In this document: positions 38,991 through 48,760 of the stretch, piece after piece
Numbering within the stretch: the stretch's first letter is position 1
How the letters are laid out: the number at the start of each line of letters is the position of its first letter
NCBI RefSeq assembly: GCF_011762485.1
Contig: NZ_JAAKGI010000001.1
Location: forward strand, 385,962-449,961
Direction: 5' to 3'
Source: Yeosuana marina
GTDB lineage: Bacteria; Bacteroidota; Bacteroidia; Flavobacteriales; Flavobacteriaceae
Length of the DNA: 64,000 nucleotides
Notes under the pieces: generated by a model
Seen by the model: the letters and a program-made list of their open reading frames with translations, nothing else
Databases searched by the model: none
What the model was told of the DNA's origin: nothing
Position numbers and translations under genes: made by a program

Positions 38991-40208
38991 TCACTGCCTC
39001 CTATTCGCTAAAAGCGGGGGAGGTTCTCCATTAAATGGATTCCATCTACTTATTGTTTTTGCTTCCATACCAGCTGCCGCTATAACAGCTCTGTCTCCAT
39101 AACGCTCACGCATTTTGTCTATAGCTTTACATAAATGAAGGTGTTTTTCGTCGTCTTCAAATAAATTAATTTGGTGCCCGCCTTCAACTAAATGGCTAAA
39201 CTTAACACCAATAAGTCTCACCAATAATCTACGATGATATAGTTTTTTAAATAAGTCTAAAACCACAGGCATAATAACATGATCCATAGAGCTATAGGGG
39301 ATATGCTGCTGCTGTGTATAGGTTTGAAAATCTGAATATCGAATTTTAAAAGTAACACAGGCTGTTAATTTATTGCCTCGGCGTAACTGATAGGCTAAGT
39401 TTTCGGTCATGGCAATAATGATGCTTTTTAGTTTAGCAATATCTGTAGTGTCCTTATTAAACGTGCGTTCTGTAGAAATAGATTTGCGTTCGTGATATTG
39501 TACAACAGGACTATTATCTATACCGTTAGCCTTTTTCCAAATGGATAATCCGTTTTTGCCAAGTACTTTGTGCATTAAATCCATAGGCATTTCTTGTATG
39601 GTTTTAATACGTTTTACACCTAAATCGCATAAAGATTTATAAGTAACTTCGCCAACCATTGGGATTTTTCTAACGGAAAGTGGTGCTAAAAAAGGCTTTT
39701 CGGTACCTGTAATAATCCTGATTTCATTGTTGGGTTTCGCTTCTCCCGTTGCTATTTTAGAAACGGTTTTGTTAACAGATAACCCAAAGGAAATTGGTAA
39801 TCCTGTTTCTTTTATGATGCGTTGGCGTAACTCGGATGCCAATTTGTGGCATCCAAAAAACTTATCCGTTCCCGTAAGATCAATATAGAATTCATCGATA
39901 GAGGTTTTTTCGTATATGGGTACGTTTTCTTTAATAACATCGGTAACGTCTTTTGAGAAATTACTATAAACCCCAGAATTTCCACGAAGTACAATAGCTT
40001 CAGGGCAAAGCATTTTTGCCATACGCATGGGCATGGCAGAATGGATGCCAAAGGTTCTGGCTTCATAACTACAAGAAGCCACAACACCTCTATCGCTTGT
40101 ACCGCCAATAAGTATGGGTTTACCTATTAAACGACTATCAAGCAAGCGCTCGCAAGACACAAAAAAAGTATCCAAATCCATGTGTACTATGGCACGTTCG
40201 TTACTCAT
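38991..40208 (-). CDS. dinB: Y-family DNA polymerase (DinB/Pol IV-like, catalytic residues intact)
   Basis: HMDLDTFFVSCE (the HxDxDxFF motif), SIDEFYIDLT (SIDE), KIPMVGEVT and ISTERTF resemble Pol IV. The start abuts the dnaE2 stop. Confidence 0.8.
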   Translation of the reverse strand: MSNERAIVHMDLDTFFVSCERLLDSRLIGKPILIGGTSDRGVVASCSYEARTFGIHSAMPMRMAKMLCPEAIVLRGNSGVYSNFSKDVTDVIKENVPIYEKTSIDEFYIDLTGTDKFFGCHKLASELRQRIIKETGLPISFGLSVNKTVSKIATGEAKPNNEIRIITGTEKPFLAPLSVRKIPMVGEVTYKSLCDLGVKRIKTIQEMPMDLMHKVLGKNGLSIWKKANGIDNSPVVQYHERKSISTERTFNKDTTDIAKLKSIIIAMTENLAYQLRRGNKLTACVTFKIRYSDFQTYTQQQHIPYSSMDHVIMPVVLDLFKKLYHRRLLVRLIGVKFSHLVEGGHQINLFEDDEKHLHLCKAIDKMRERYGDRAVIAAAGMEAKTISRWNPFNGEPPPLLANRRQ

Positions 40209-43200
40209 TTACAATGTTTTTATAATGTTATGTTTTCTTCTTGATAGAAATTTTGGCGATGGGTCGCTATATCTTGGGTCTTGTATAATAGGTAGTTTTG
40301 CCATAGCTCTCACTTCGATAGTAATGCAATCAAACTCTTCTATAACTTTACCTGTTATTTTATAAATTCCTCTGCCTCTAAAAGGAAATTTTGATGCTAC
40401 GGGCGGAAAGTGAACCGTGTCTATAAAGTCACCATCACAATCTAAAAAAGTACCGAAATGCATTATTTTTCCGTTTGATGTTGCGGTGTTTTTGGTAGTA
40501 ATTAAATAGCCTTCGATACTAACCGTTTTACCAATGTATTTTATGAGGTCTTCGGCTTTAAGCGTGCATTTTAATTCAGTTTCCAGTAATTCAAAAGGAC
40601 TACAAAGTGGGAATCCTAGTAGTTCGATAGCATCGAAAGCATTTTCTAAATAATCACTAGGGAGCTGGGGTGTTTTATAATGTAGTTTTTCAGTTTTAAA
40701 TAAGGTCATAATAGGATCTTCAATAGACACTTTACTAATTTTTAAATGAGCTTCCCAAAGCAATTCACGCTTGTTGATTGTTGTAAATCGAAAGGCATTA
40801 ATCTTTATGAGGATAGAAATTTGCTCTACCGATATAGGAACACGGTCTATAAAATCGTCTAGACTTTTAAATAAACCATTTTTTTGACGTTCTATAAGTA
40901 GTTTTTTTATGATTCTTGCTTCTAATGCATGTAAAAACATAAAGCCTAAATAAATAGTTTTTCCTTTGATAATGGTTTCATTAAAACTCTGGTTAATGCA
41001 AGGAGCTTCAATAATACCACCATGCATTCTGGCTTCGTGCACATACAATTCTGTGTTATAAAACCCACCAAAATTATTAAGGGTTGCAACCATATATTCT
41101 AACGGATAGTAGGCTTTTAAAAACAGACTTTGATAGCTTTCTACAGCATAAGAAGCCGAGTGGCCTTTAGCAAAGGCATAGCCTGCAAAACTTTCTGTTT
41201 GTCGCCAGACTTCTGCTGTGAGTGCTTCGGACTTTCCGCTTTTTTTGCAGTTATCAAAAAAAAGTTGTTTTACTGCTAAAAACTCGTCACGAGAACGAAA
41301 CTTACCAGACATGCCGCGGCGTAATTTATCGGCTTCACCTAAAGTTAATCCACCAAAAATATGAGCTACTTTTATAACATCTTCTTGATATACCATAACG
41401 CCATACGTTTCTGGCATAATGCTAAGTAAAACGGGATGTGCATTTTTTATACGTTCGGGGTAGCGGTAACGCAAAATGTATTCGCGCATCATGCCCGATT
41501 TGGCTACTCCTGGCCGAATGATGGAACTGGCAGCGACCAACCCTAAATAATGATCTACTTGTAATTTTTTAAGAAGCATACGCATGGCTGGAGATTCTAC
41601 ATAAAAACACCCGATAGCTTTGGCATTTCTTAGTAAATCTTTAATACGTTCATCTTGTTTGAAACGCTTAATATCATGAATATCAATAGGTGCTTTTTCA
41701 GGATGGTTATATTTGACAATATCTACCGTGTCTTTAATTTTTCCTAGGCCTCGCTGACTTAAAATATCAAATTTATAGAGTCCAATGTCTTCAGCTACAA
41801 TCATATCAAAGTGTGTGGTAGCATAGCCTTTTGGAGGCAAAAACGTGGCGGTGTAATAATGAATGGGTTTTTCCAAAATAATAATACCGCTGGCATGAAT
41901 ACCCAAATAATTTGGAAACCCTTGAATATATGAGCTGTATTTAATTACTAATTGGGATAATTTGTCTAATTGATGTATGTTGTATTTGCCACGCGTTAGA
42001 ATATCCATTTCGGCTTTTGGTAAGCCAAAAACTTTACCTAATTCTCGTACTGCAGCTCTAAATTTAAAAGTGTTATAAACGGTGAGTAAAGCCGTGTGTT
42101 TAAATCGACTAAAAATATAATCGGTAATGTCGTCTCTATCTGTCCATGAAAAATCAATATCAAAATCGGGTGGATTTTTTCGATATAAATTAATAAACCG
42201 TTCAAAATAAAGGTCGAGTTCTATGGGGTCTACGTCAGTAATTCTTAGTAAATAAGCAATAATACTGTTAGCTCCACTACCACGGCCTACATAAAAATAA
42301 CCTTTGCTTCGGGCGTATTTTAAAATTTTCCAGTTGATTAAAAAATAAGAGACAAACCCTTTTTGTTTTATAATTTCAAGTTCCTTTTCAATACGACTAT
42401 AAATAATGTCGTCTGGATTTTTATAGCGATAATTCAGATTTTTGTAGGTTAGTTTTTTTAGTAACCTAAAATCTAAAGCTTCATTATTTGTGTACGATTT
42501 TTGGTTATTTGGTATTTCTTGCGAAAAATCAAATGCAATATGACACTCATTTAAAAGGGATGACGTGTTTTTAAGAAGTTCTGGAAATTCCTGATAGATA
42601 CCACATAATTCATCATATGGTAACATCTTATCCGTTTCCTTGCCTTCTTCACTTTTTGGAAGCTTGCTTAATAAAGTATTATTGTCAATAGCACGTAATA
42701 ACCGATGGGTGTTGAATCCTTTTTTATTTTCAAAAGTAACCGTTTGTAAAACCACTAATTTGTTTTGTAGTTTGGACCATTTAGAGAACTTAAAATGATT
42801 AAGGTCTTGAGGTTTGATGCCTATAAATTCATTAGGCTTTAACTGATAGTTTTTGTGATGTATATAGGGGTAAATAACAAAAGTGTCTTCTAATTCTGGT
42901 GCTATATCAGGAATGCTTAAATTGGAGTCATGTAAAAATGCAGACAGGTATTCGTTAATATTTTTAAAGCCATTATTGTTTTTTGCAAGGAGGATGAATT
43001 GTTGCTGCGCACCATTTCTAAAATCGACACCTAGTACAGGTTTAATACCATATTTTTCAGATAACCTTACAAAGTCCAAACATGAAGACGTATTGTTAAT
43101 GTCGGTCAACGCTAATGTTTGTATGCCATTTTCAGAAGCCATAGCAAGTAATTGTTCTGGCTTTATGGTGCCATAACGTAAACTATAATATGTGTGGCAA

Positions 43201-43211
43201 TTAAGATACAT
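40209..43211 (-). CDS. dnaE2: Error-prone DNA polymerase III alpha paralog (DnaE2/ImuC-like)
   Basis: 1000 aa. N-terminal PHP domain (CHTYYSLRYGT). Pol III alpha core motif GRGSGANSIIAYLLRITDVDPIELDLYFERFIN. Its length fits DnaE2 rather than DnaE1. Confidence 0.8.
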   Translation of the reverse strand: MYLNCHTYYSLRYGTIKPEQLLAMASENGIQTLALTDINNTSSCLDFVRLSEKYGIKPVLGVDFRNGAQQQFILLAKNNNGFKNINEYLSAFLHDSNLSIPDIAPELEDTFVIYPYIHHKNYQLKPNEFIGIKPQDLNHFKFSKWSKLQNKLVVLQTVTFENKKGFNTHRLLRAIDNNTLLSKLPKSEEGKETDKMLPYDELCGIYQEFPELLKNTSSLLNECHIAFDFSQEIPNNQKSYTNNEALDFRLLKKLTYKNLNYRYKNPDDIIYSRIEKELEIIKQKGFVSYFLINWKILKYARSKGYFYVGRGSGANSIIAYLLRITDVDPIELDLYFERFINLYRKNPPDFDIDFSWTDRDDITDYIFSRFKHTALLTVYNTFKFRAAVRELGKVFGLPKAEMDILTRGKYNIHQLDKLSQLVIKYSSYIQGFPNYLGIHASGIIILEKPIHYYTATFLPPKGYATTHFDMIVAEDIGLYKFDILSQRGLGKIKDTVDIVKYNHPEKAPIDIHDIKRFKQDERIKDLLRNAKAIGCFYVESPAMRMLLKKLQVDHYLGLVAASSIIRPGVAKSGMMREYILRYRYPERIKNAHPVLLSIMPETYGVMVYQEDVIKVAHIFGGLTLGEADKLRRGMSGKFRSRDEFLAVKQLFFDNCKKSGKSEALTAEVWRQTESFAGYAFAKGHSASYAVESYQSLFLKAYYPLEYMVATLNNFGGFYNTELYVHEARMHGGIIEAPCINQSFNETIIKGKTIYLGFMFLHALEARIIKKLLIERQKNGLFKSLDDFIDRVPISVEQISILIKINAFRFTTINKRELLWEAHLKISKVSIEDPIMTLFKTEKLHYKTPQLPSDYLENAFDAIELLGFPLCSPFELLETELKCTLKAEDLIKYIGKTVSIEGYLITTKNTATSNGKIMHFGTFLDCDGDFIDTVHFPPVASKFPFRGRGIYKITGKVIEEFDCITIEVRAMAKLPIIQDPRYSDPSPKFLSRRKHNIIKTL

Positions 43212-43233
43212 GTAGATTTTTTAAACAAAAATA

Positions 43234-43273
43234 ACTACAAATAGTAGTTTTTGTTGCTTATATTTGTAGCAAT
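43234..43273. promoter_or_regulatory. Candidate operator region in the divergent dnaE2 / lexA-like promoter
   Basis: AACTAC-AAATA-GTAGTT (43234..43250). TTGCT-N9-AGCAA (43255..43273). Nested 9-bp inverted repeat CTACAAATA...TATTTGTAG (43236..43244 and 43262..43270). Confidence 0.4.
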
Positions 43274-43295
43274 TAATGTTAAAAATTGAGATAAG

Positions 43296-44066
43296 ATGAC
43301 GCCTATTCAGATTAACATAAAACACTTAAGATTGTTAAAAAAGCTTTCTCAAGAACGTTTTTCAGAAGAACTGAAATGTACACGTTCGATGATTGGATCT
43401 TACGAAGAAGGTCGCTCCGAGCCTCCAATAGAGAGGCTTATAGACTTGTCAAACTATTTTAATATCCCTATTGATATTTTAGTTAAGAATGATTTGAGAT
43501 TGGCAAAAGACACGTCATTCATAGAAATAGGGAGTAAGCGCGTATTATTTCCCATTACAGTTAATGAAAATAACGAAGACCTTATTGAAATTATTCCTGC
43601 ACAAGCGTCAGCAGGTTATTTAGCTGGTTATGCAGACCCTGAATATATAGAGCAATTACAAAAAATTAAATTACCTTTTTTACCTACGGGAACTCATCGT
43701 GCTTTTCCGATAAAAGGCGACTCTATGTTACCCGTAAAAGATGGATCTTTTATTGTAGCCAAGTTTGTTGAAGATATTCAAGACATTAAAAATGGGAGAA
43801 CCTATATTGTTTTAACTAAAGATGATGGTCTAGTTTATAAGCGTGTTTATGATAAAGATGCGGATACTTTAATTTTGAGTAGTGATAATAGATTTTATAA
43901 TCCTTACGAAGTTAAAAAAGATCAAATTTTAGAATTATGGGAGTTTACCTGTTGTATAAATACGCAAGAGTATAAAGCCGAAGAATTAAAACTGAGCAGT
44001 ATTATGAATATGTTTCAAGAATTAAAAGTGGAATTGGAATCCATAAATATTCAGAATAAACCTTAA
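43296..44066 (+). CDS. LexA-like repressor (XRE HTH + S24 peptidase)
   Basis: N-terminal HTH (LSQERFSEELKCTRSMIGSYEEG). C-terminal S24 autoprotease motifs are GDSM (Ser) and LVYKRV (Lys). Confidence 0.8.
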   Translation: MTPIQINIKHLRLLKKLSQERFSEELKCTRSMIGSYEEGRSEPPIERLIDLSNYFNIPIDILVKNDLRLAKDTSFIEIGSKRVLFPITVNENNEDLIEIIPAQASAGYLAGYADPEYIEQLQKIKLPFLPTGTHRAFPIKGDSMLPVKDGSFIVAKFVEDIQDIKNGRTYIVLTKDDGLVYKRVYDKDADTLILSSDNRFYNPYEVKKDQILELWEFTCCINTQEYKAEELKLSSIMNMFQELKVELESINIQNKP

Positions 44067-44126
44067 ATTTCTATACCTTTAAAACAATTTAAAAAAGATA
44101 TTTGTTGTTACAAGAACGATGAAAAT

Positions 44127-44567
44127 ATGATACGACATAACGCTAAACCGCTAACTTTCTTTACTCCAGATGATAGTGATAATTCAGGAGCTTTTTTCTT
44201 TGATACAGGGATTTCTGCAGGATTCCCGTCACCTGTCGACGATTTTAGAGAAGAACGACTATCTTTAGACAGCATACTTGTTAAAAATAAACTAGCGACG
44301 TTCTATGCACGCGTAAGTGGTCAATCTATGATTGGTGCGGGACTAGACGATAACGATTTGTTGGTTATAGATAGAAGTCTAGAACCTACAAACAATAAAA
44401 TAGCCGTTTGCTTTTTGGATGGAGAATTTACGGTAAAACGTTTAAAAGTAGATAAAGATGAGGTTTGGCTACAACCAGAAAACCCTGATTATCCTATTAT
44501 AAGAATTACGGAAGACAATGATTTTCTTATTTGGGGGATTGTTACCAATGTAATAAAGAGGGTGTGA
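44127..44567 (+). CDS. umuD: UmuD-like S24 autopeptidase (translesion polymerase accessory subunit)
   Basis: 146 aa, no HTH. GFPSPVDDF...LDSILVKN...ATFYARVSGQSMIGAGLDDNDLLVIDRS...DGEFTVKRL aligns closely with E. coli UmuD (CGFPSPAADY...[27 protein letters not shown]...DGEFTVKKL). Confidence 0.75.
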   Translation: MIRHNAKPLTFFTPDDSDNSGAFFFDTGISAGFPSPVDDFREERLSLDSILVKNKLATFYARVSGQSMIGAGLDDNDLLVIDRSLEPTNNKIAVCFLDGEFTVKRLKVDKDEVWLQPENPDYPIIRITEDNDFLIWGIVTNVIKRV

Positions 44568-44684
44568 TTTTTATGTTTAAGTAAATCCATAGAATCTCTT
44601 TAATATGGAAAAAACATAGTAAATCACAACAACACATTTAGACTAGTTGTTTGTGAAACTATAACACATAAACGAGGAACTCAA

Positions 44685-45167
44685 GTGGATGCTTACCCTG
44701 AAATCATACTTACAAGTGCTGAATCTTACTTTTTACAGGCTGAAGCAGTTGTTAGAGGTATAGAAACAGGGGATGCTCAAGCGTTATTTGCATCTGGTAT
44801 TGTAGAGGCCATGAAATTATGGAATATTTCTACGGGTGATGCTGAAACTTATATTGCTAATTCATCTATTGCTGATATTTCAGCGGGTACTATGGATGAA
44901 AAATTAGAAAAAATAGCATTACAAAGATGGTTGAATGCTTACACAGATGGATTCGAAGGCTGGGCAGTAGTTAGAGATACAGGATATCCTTCAGAATTAT
45001 ATGCTGGTGTATCAAATCCTACAATTTTCGCATTAGGTAACTTGAACGGCGCTTATCCTCAAAGATTACGTTATGGATCTAGTGCACAAGCAAATCCAAA
45101 TTTTGCTGCTGCAGTTTCTGCTCAAGGAGCAGATGTACAGGCAACAAAATTATGGTTTGCAAAATAA
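44685..45167 (+). pseudogene. C-terminal remnant of a SusD/RagB-family gene
   Basis: Only 160 aa with a GTG start. ...LQRWLNAYTDGFEGWAVVRDTGYP...ATKLWFAK is a typical SusD C-terminus. There is no upstream susC, and an in-frame stop lies 84 bp upstream with no SusD-like sequence. Confidence 0.55.
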
Positions 45168-45192
45168 TCATATAGTATAAAGTTTAGTTTAT

Positions 45193-45229
45193 AAAAAGAG
45201 GTTGAACACGTGTCAACCTCTTTTTTTAT
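45193..45229 (+). terminator. Intrinsic terminator (perfect palindrome AAGAGGTTGAACACGTGTCAACCTCTT + T7)
   Basis: 10-bp GC-containing stem followed by TTTTTTT. Confidence 0.6.
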
Positions 45230-45308
45230 TTATTTCATTCAAGAAAGATTTTGAAAACTAAATCATATGAAAATTGATAATTATAAATGCATAAAATAAT
45301 CAAAGAAT

Positions 45309-46649
45309 ATGAGCAACGATACAACAATACCATCATCAAAAAACAACACATTAGTTCCTATTTTAATTATTGCTGGGCTATTTTTTATTTTTGGCTTTGT
45401 AACATGGATTAATGGTGCGTTAATTCCTTTTATGAAAACTATTAGTGAATTAACATCAGCACAATCATTTTTAGTAGCCTCAGCATCCTATATCTCTTTT
45501 GTTGTGATGGCACTTCCGGCATCTTATATTTTATCGAAAATAGGCTATAGAAAAGGAATGTCGTTAGGACTGTTTATAATGGCATTAGGTGCATTGGTAT
45601 TTATTCCAGCAGCTGAAGCTAGAACGTATTGGATGTTTCTCTCAGGAATATTTATTCAAGGAGCAGGAATGACTTTGTTACAAACGGCCTCAAACCCTTA
45701 TATTACTATATTAGGTCCTATTGAAAGTGCTGCAAAGCGTATTGCCATTATGGGAATAGCCAATAAGGTAGCAGGCGCATTAGGATCTTTAATTTTTGGT
45801 ACAATTTTGTTATCTGGTATCGATGAAATTAAAGAGAAATTAAGTACCGTTACAATTTCTGAAAAAGGACAATTACTAGATACTATGGCCGATAGTGTTG
45901 TAACACCTTATATAGTTATGACCGTTGTTTTGATTGTATTAAGCCTATTGATATTAAAAGCGCCTTTACCCCATGTTGAAGCTGAACCCATTGAGGAATC
46001 AAAGGATGGAACAACGTCGAAAACGAGTATTTTTCAATTCCCTCATTTATGGTTAGGGGTTTTAACCTTGTTTATGTATGTTGGGGTTGAAGTTATTGCT
46101 GGAGATACTATTATAGCTTATGGAATTTCTTTAGGAATACCCGCTGCTGATGCTCGTTTTTTTACAACCTTTACATTAATGGCTATGGTAGCCACGTATG
46201 CTTTGGGAGCTATTTTAATTCCAAAATTTATTAGTCAAACTACAGCTTTAAAAGCAAGTGCCGTAATTGGTATTGTCTTCTCAATATGCATTGTATTTAC
46301 AACAGGGTATACATCCGTTTTATTTGTTGCTGCTTTAGGAGTGGCAAATGCACTAGTTTGGCCTGCGGTATGGCCCTTAACGTTAAAGGGCCTTGGTAAG
46401 TTTACAAAAACGGCTTCTGCCTTGTTAATAATGGCTATTTCAGGTGGAGCAATAATTCCGCCGTTATACGGAAGATTGGTTGATGGTAATAAAGCAGATT
46501 TAATTGCGCAAGGCATGAATGATATTTCAGCAGCTGCTGAAGCCGCAACGAGTGGATATTGGATTTTGCTACCTTGTTACTTCATCATTTTATACTATGC
46601 TATTTGGGGCCATAAGCTAGGGTTAAAAGTGAAAAGTAGTGTATTTTAA
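45309..46649 (+). CDS. MFS sugar:H+ symporter of the fucose/glucose-galactose permease (FHS) family
   Basis: 446 aa, 12 TM. The N-terminal region (GLFFIFGFVTWINGALIPFMK...LQTASNPYITILGP) is typical of FucP/GluP. Confidence 0.8.
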   Translation: MSNDTTIPSSKNNTLVPILIIAGLFFIFGFVTWINGALIPFMKTISELTSAQSFLVASASYISFVVMALPASYILSKIGYRKGMSLGLFIMALGALVFIPAAEARTYWMFLSGIFIQGAGMTLLQTASNPYITILGPIESAAKRIAIMGIANKVAGALGSLIFGTILLSGIDEIKEKLSTVTISEKGQLLDTMADSVVTPYIVMTVVLIVLSLLILKAPLPHVEAEPIEESKDGTTSKTSIFQFPHLWLGVLTLFMYVGVEVIAGDTIIAYGISLGIPAADARFFTTFTLMAMVATYALGAILIPKFISQTTALKASAVIGIVFSICIVFTTGYTSVLFVAALGVANALVWPAVWPLTLKGLGKFTKTASALLIMAISGGAIIPPLYGRLVDGNKADLIAQGMNDISAAAEAATSGYWILLPCYFIILYYAIWGHKLGLKVKSSVF

Positions 46650-46661
46650 AAAGTTTGATGC

Positions 46662-46695
46662 AAAAAAAATGCCAAGCTATGCTTGGCGTCTTTTT
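46662..46695. terminator. Bidirectional terminator between the MFS gene and atpC
   Basis: AAAAAAAAT-GCCAAGC-tat-GCTTGGC-GTCTTTTT. Confidence 0.55.
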
Positions 46696-46712
46696 ATATT
46701 TTATAAAATACA

Positions 46713-47006
46713 TTAGTCTGCTAAGACAATAACTTTATTGTCTTTCATTTCTATTGTTCCAGAATTAATCTTAACCGTTAGTACTTTTTTATCATCAAAA
46801 TGAGGAATTACTTCACCGTGAAGATGATCAAAGTCTAAATGGCTTTGAGAGTGCGTTTTAATTTTAACAGTTCCCTGTTTTAAAAGCGATACAATTGGAG
46901 CGTGATCTTTTAACATTTCAAACTCACCATTAACTCCAGGAACAGATACAGAATCTACTTCTGAACTAAATATGGTTGCTTCTGGTGATACAATTTCTAA
47001 ATACAT
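46713..47006 (-). CDS. atpC: F0F1 ATP synthase epsilon subunit
   Basis: 97 aa. LEIVSPEATIFSSEVDSVSVPGVNGEFEMLKDHAPIVSLLKQGTVKI pattern. Confidence 0.85.
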   Translation of the reverse strand: MYLEIVSPEATIFSSEVDSVSVPGVNGEFEMLKDHAPIVSLLKQGTVKIKTHSQSHLDFDHLHGEVIPHFDDKKVLTVKINSGTIEMKDNKVIVLAD

Positions 47007-47085
47007 ATTTCTTATTAGTTGTTAGTTGTGGATTGTTTGTTGTCTGTTTTAACTAAAAACTATCAACGAATAACCATTAACCAAA

Positions 47086-48597
<1,512 letters not shown>

Positions 48598-48705
48598 TTA
48601 TATGTTTAATATTATGCGTTTTAATTGAAAAAATTCGCGTTATGTTTTCGCGTGCAAAGATAGATTTTTTAATTTAAAATAAAAGCTGTTTTTTTTCTTT
48701 TTTGA

Positions 48706-48735
48706 TATAAAAAACGCCTTCAACTAGAAGGCGTT
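48706..48735 (-). terminator. Intrinsic terminator after the SGNH-lipoprotein gene
   Basis: AACGCCTTC-aacta-GAAGGCGTT (9-bp perfect stem) followed by a T-run on the minus strand. Confidence 0.55.
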
Positions 48736-48760
48736 ATGTAATATTATTTTATTCTGTTCC

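Noticed and set aside
38991-40208. Considered calling the Y-family polymerase a catalytically dead ImuB, as in imuA-imuB-dnaE2 cassettes
   Set aside because: The protein keeps the HMDLDTFF and SIDE catalytic motifs of active DinB/Pol IV. It also lies downstream of dnaE2 rather than upstream, so the ImuB label is not supported.
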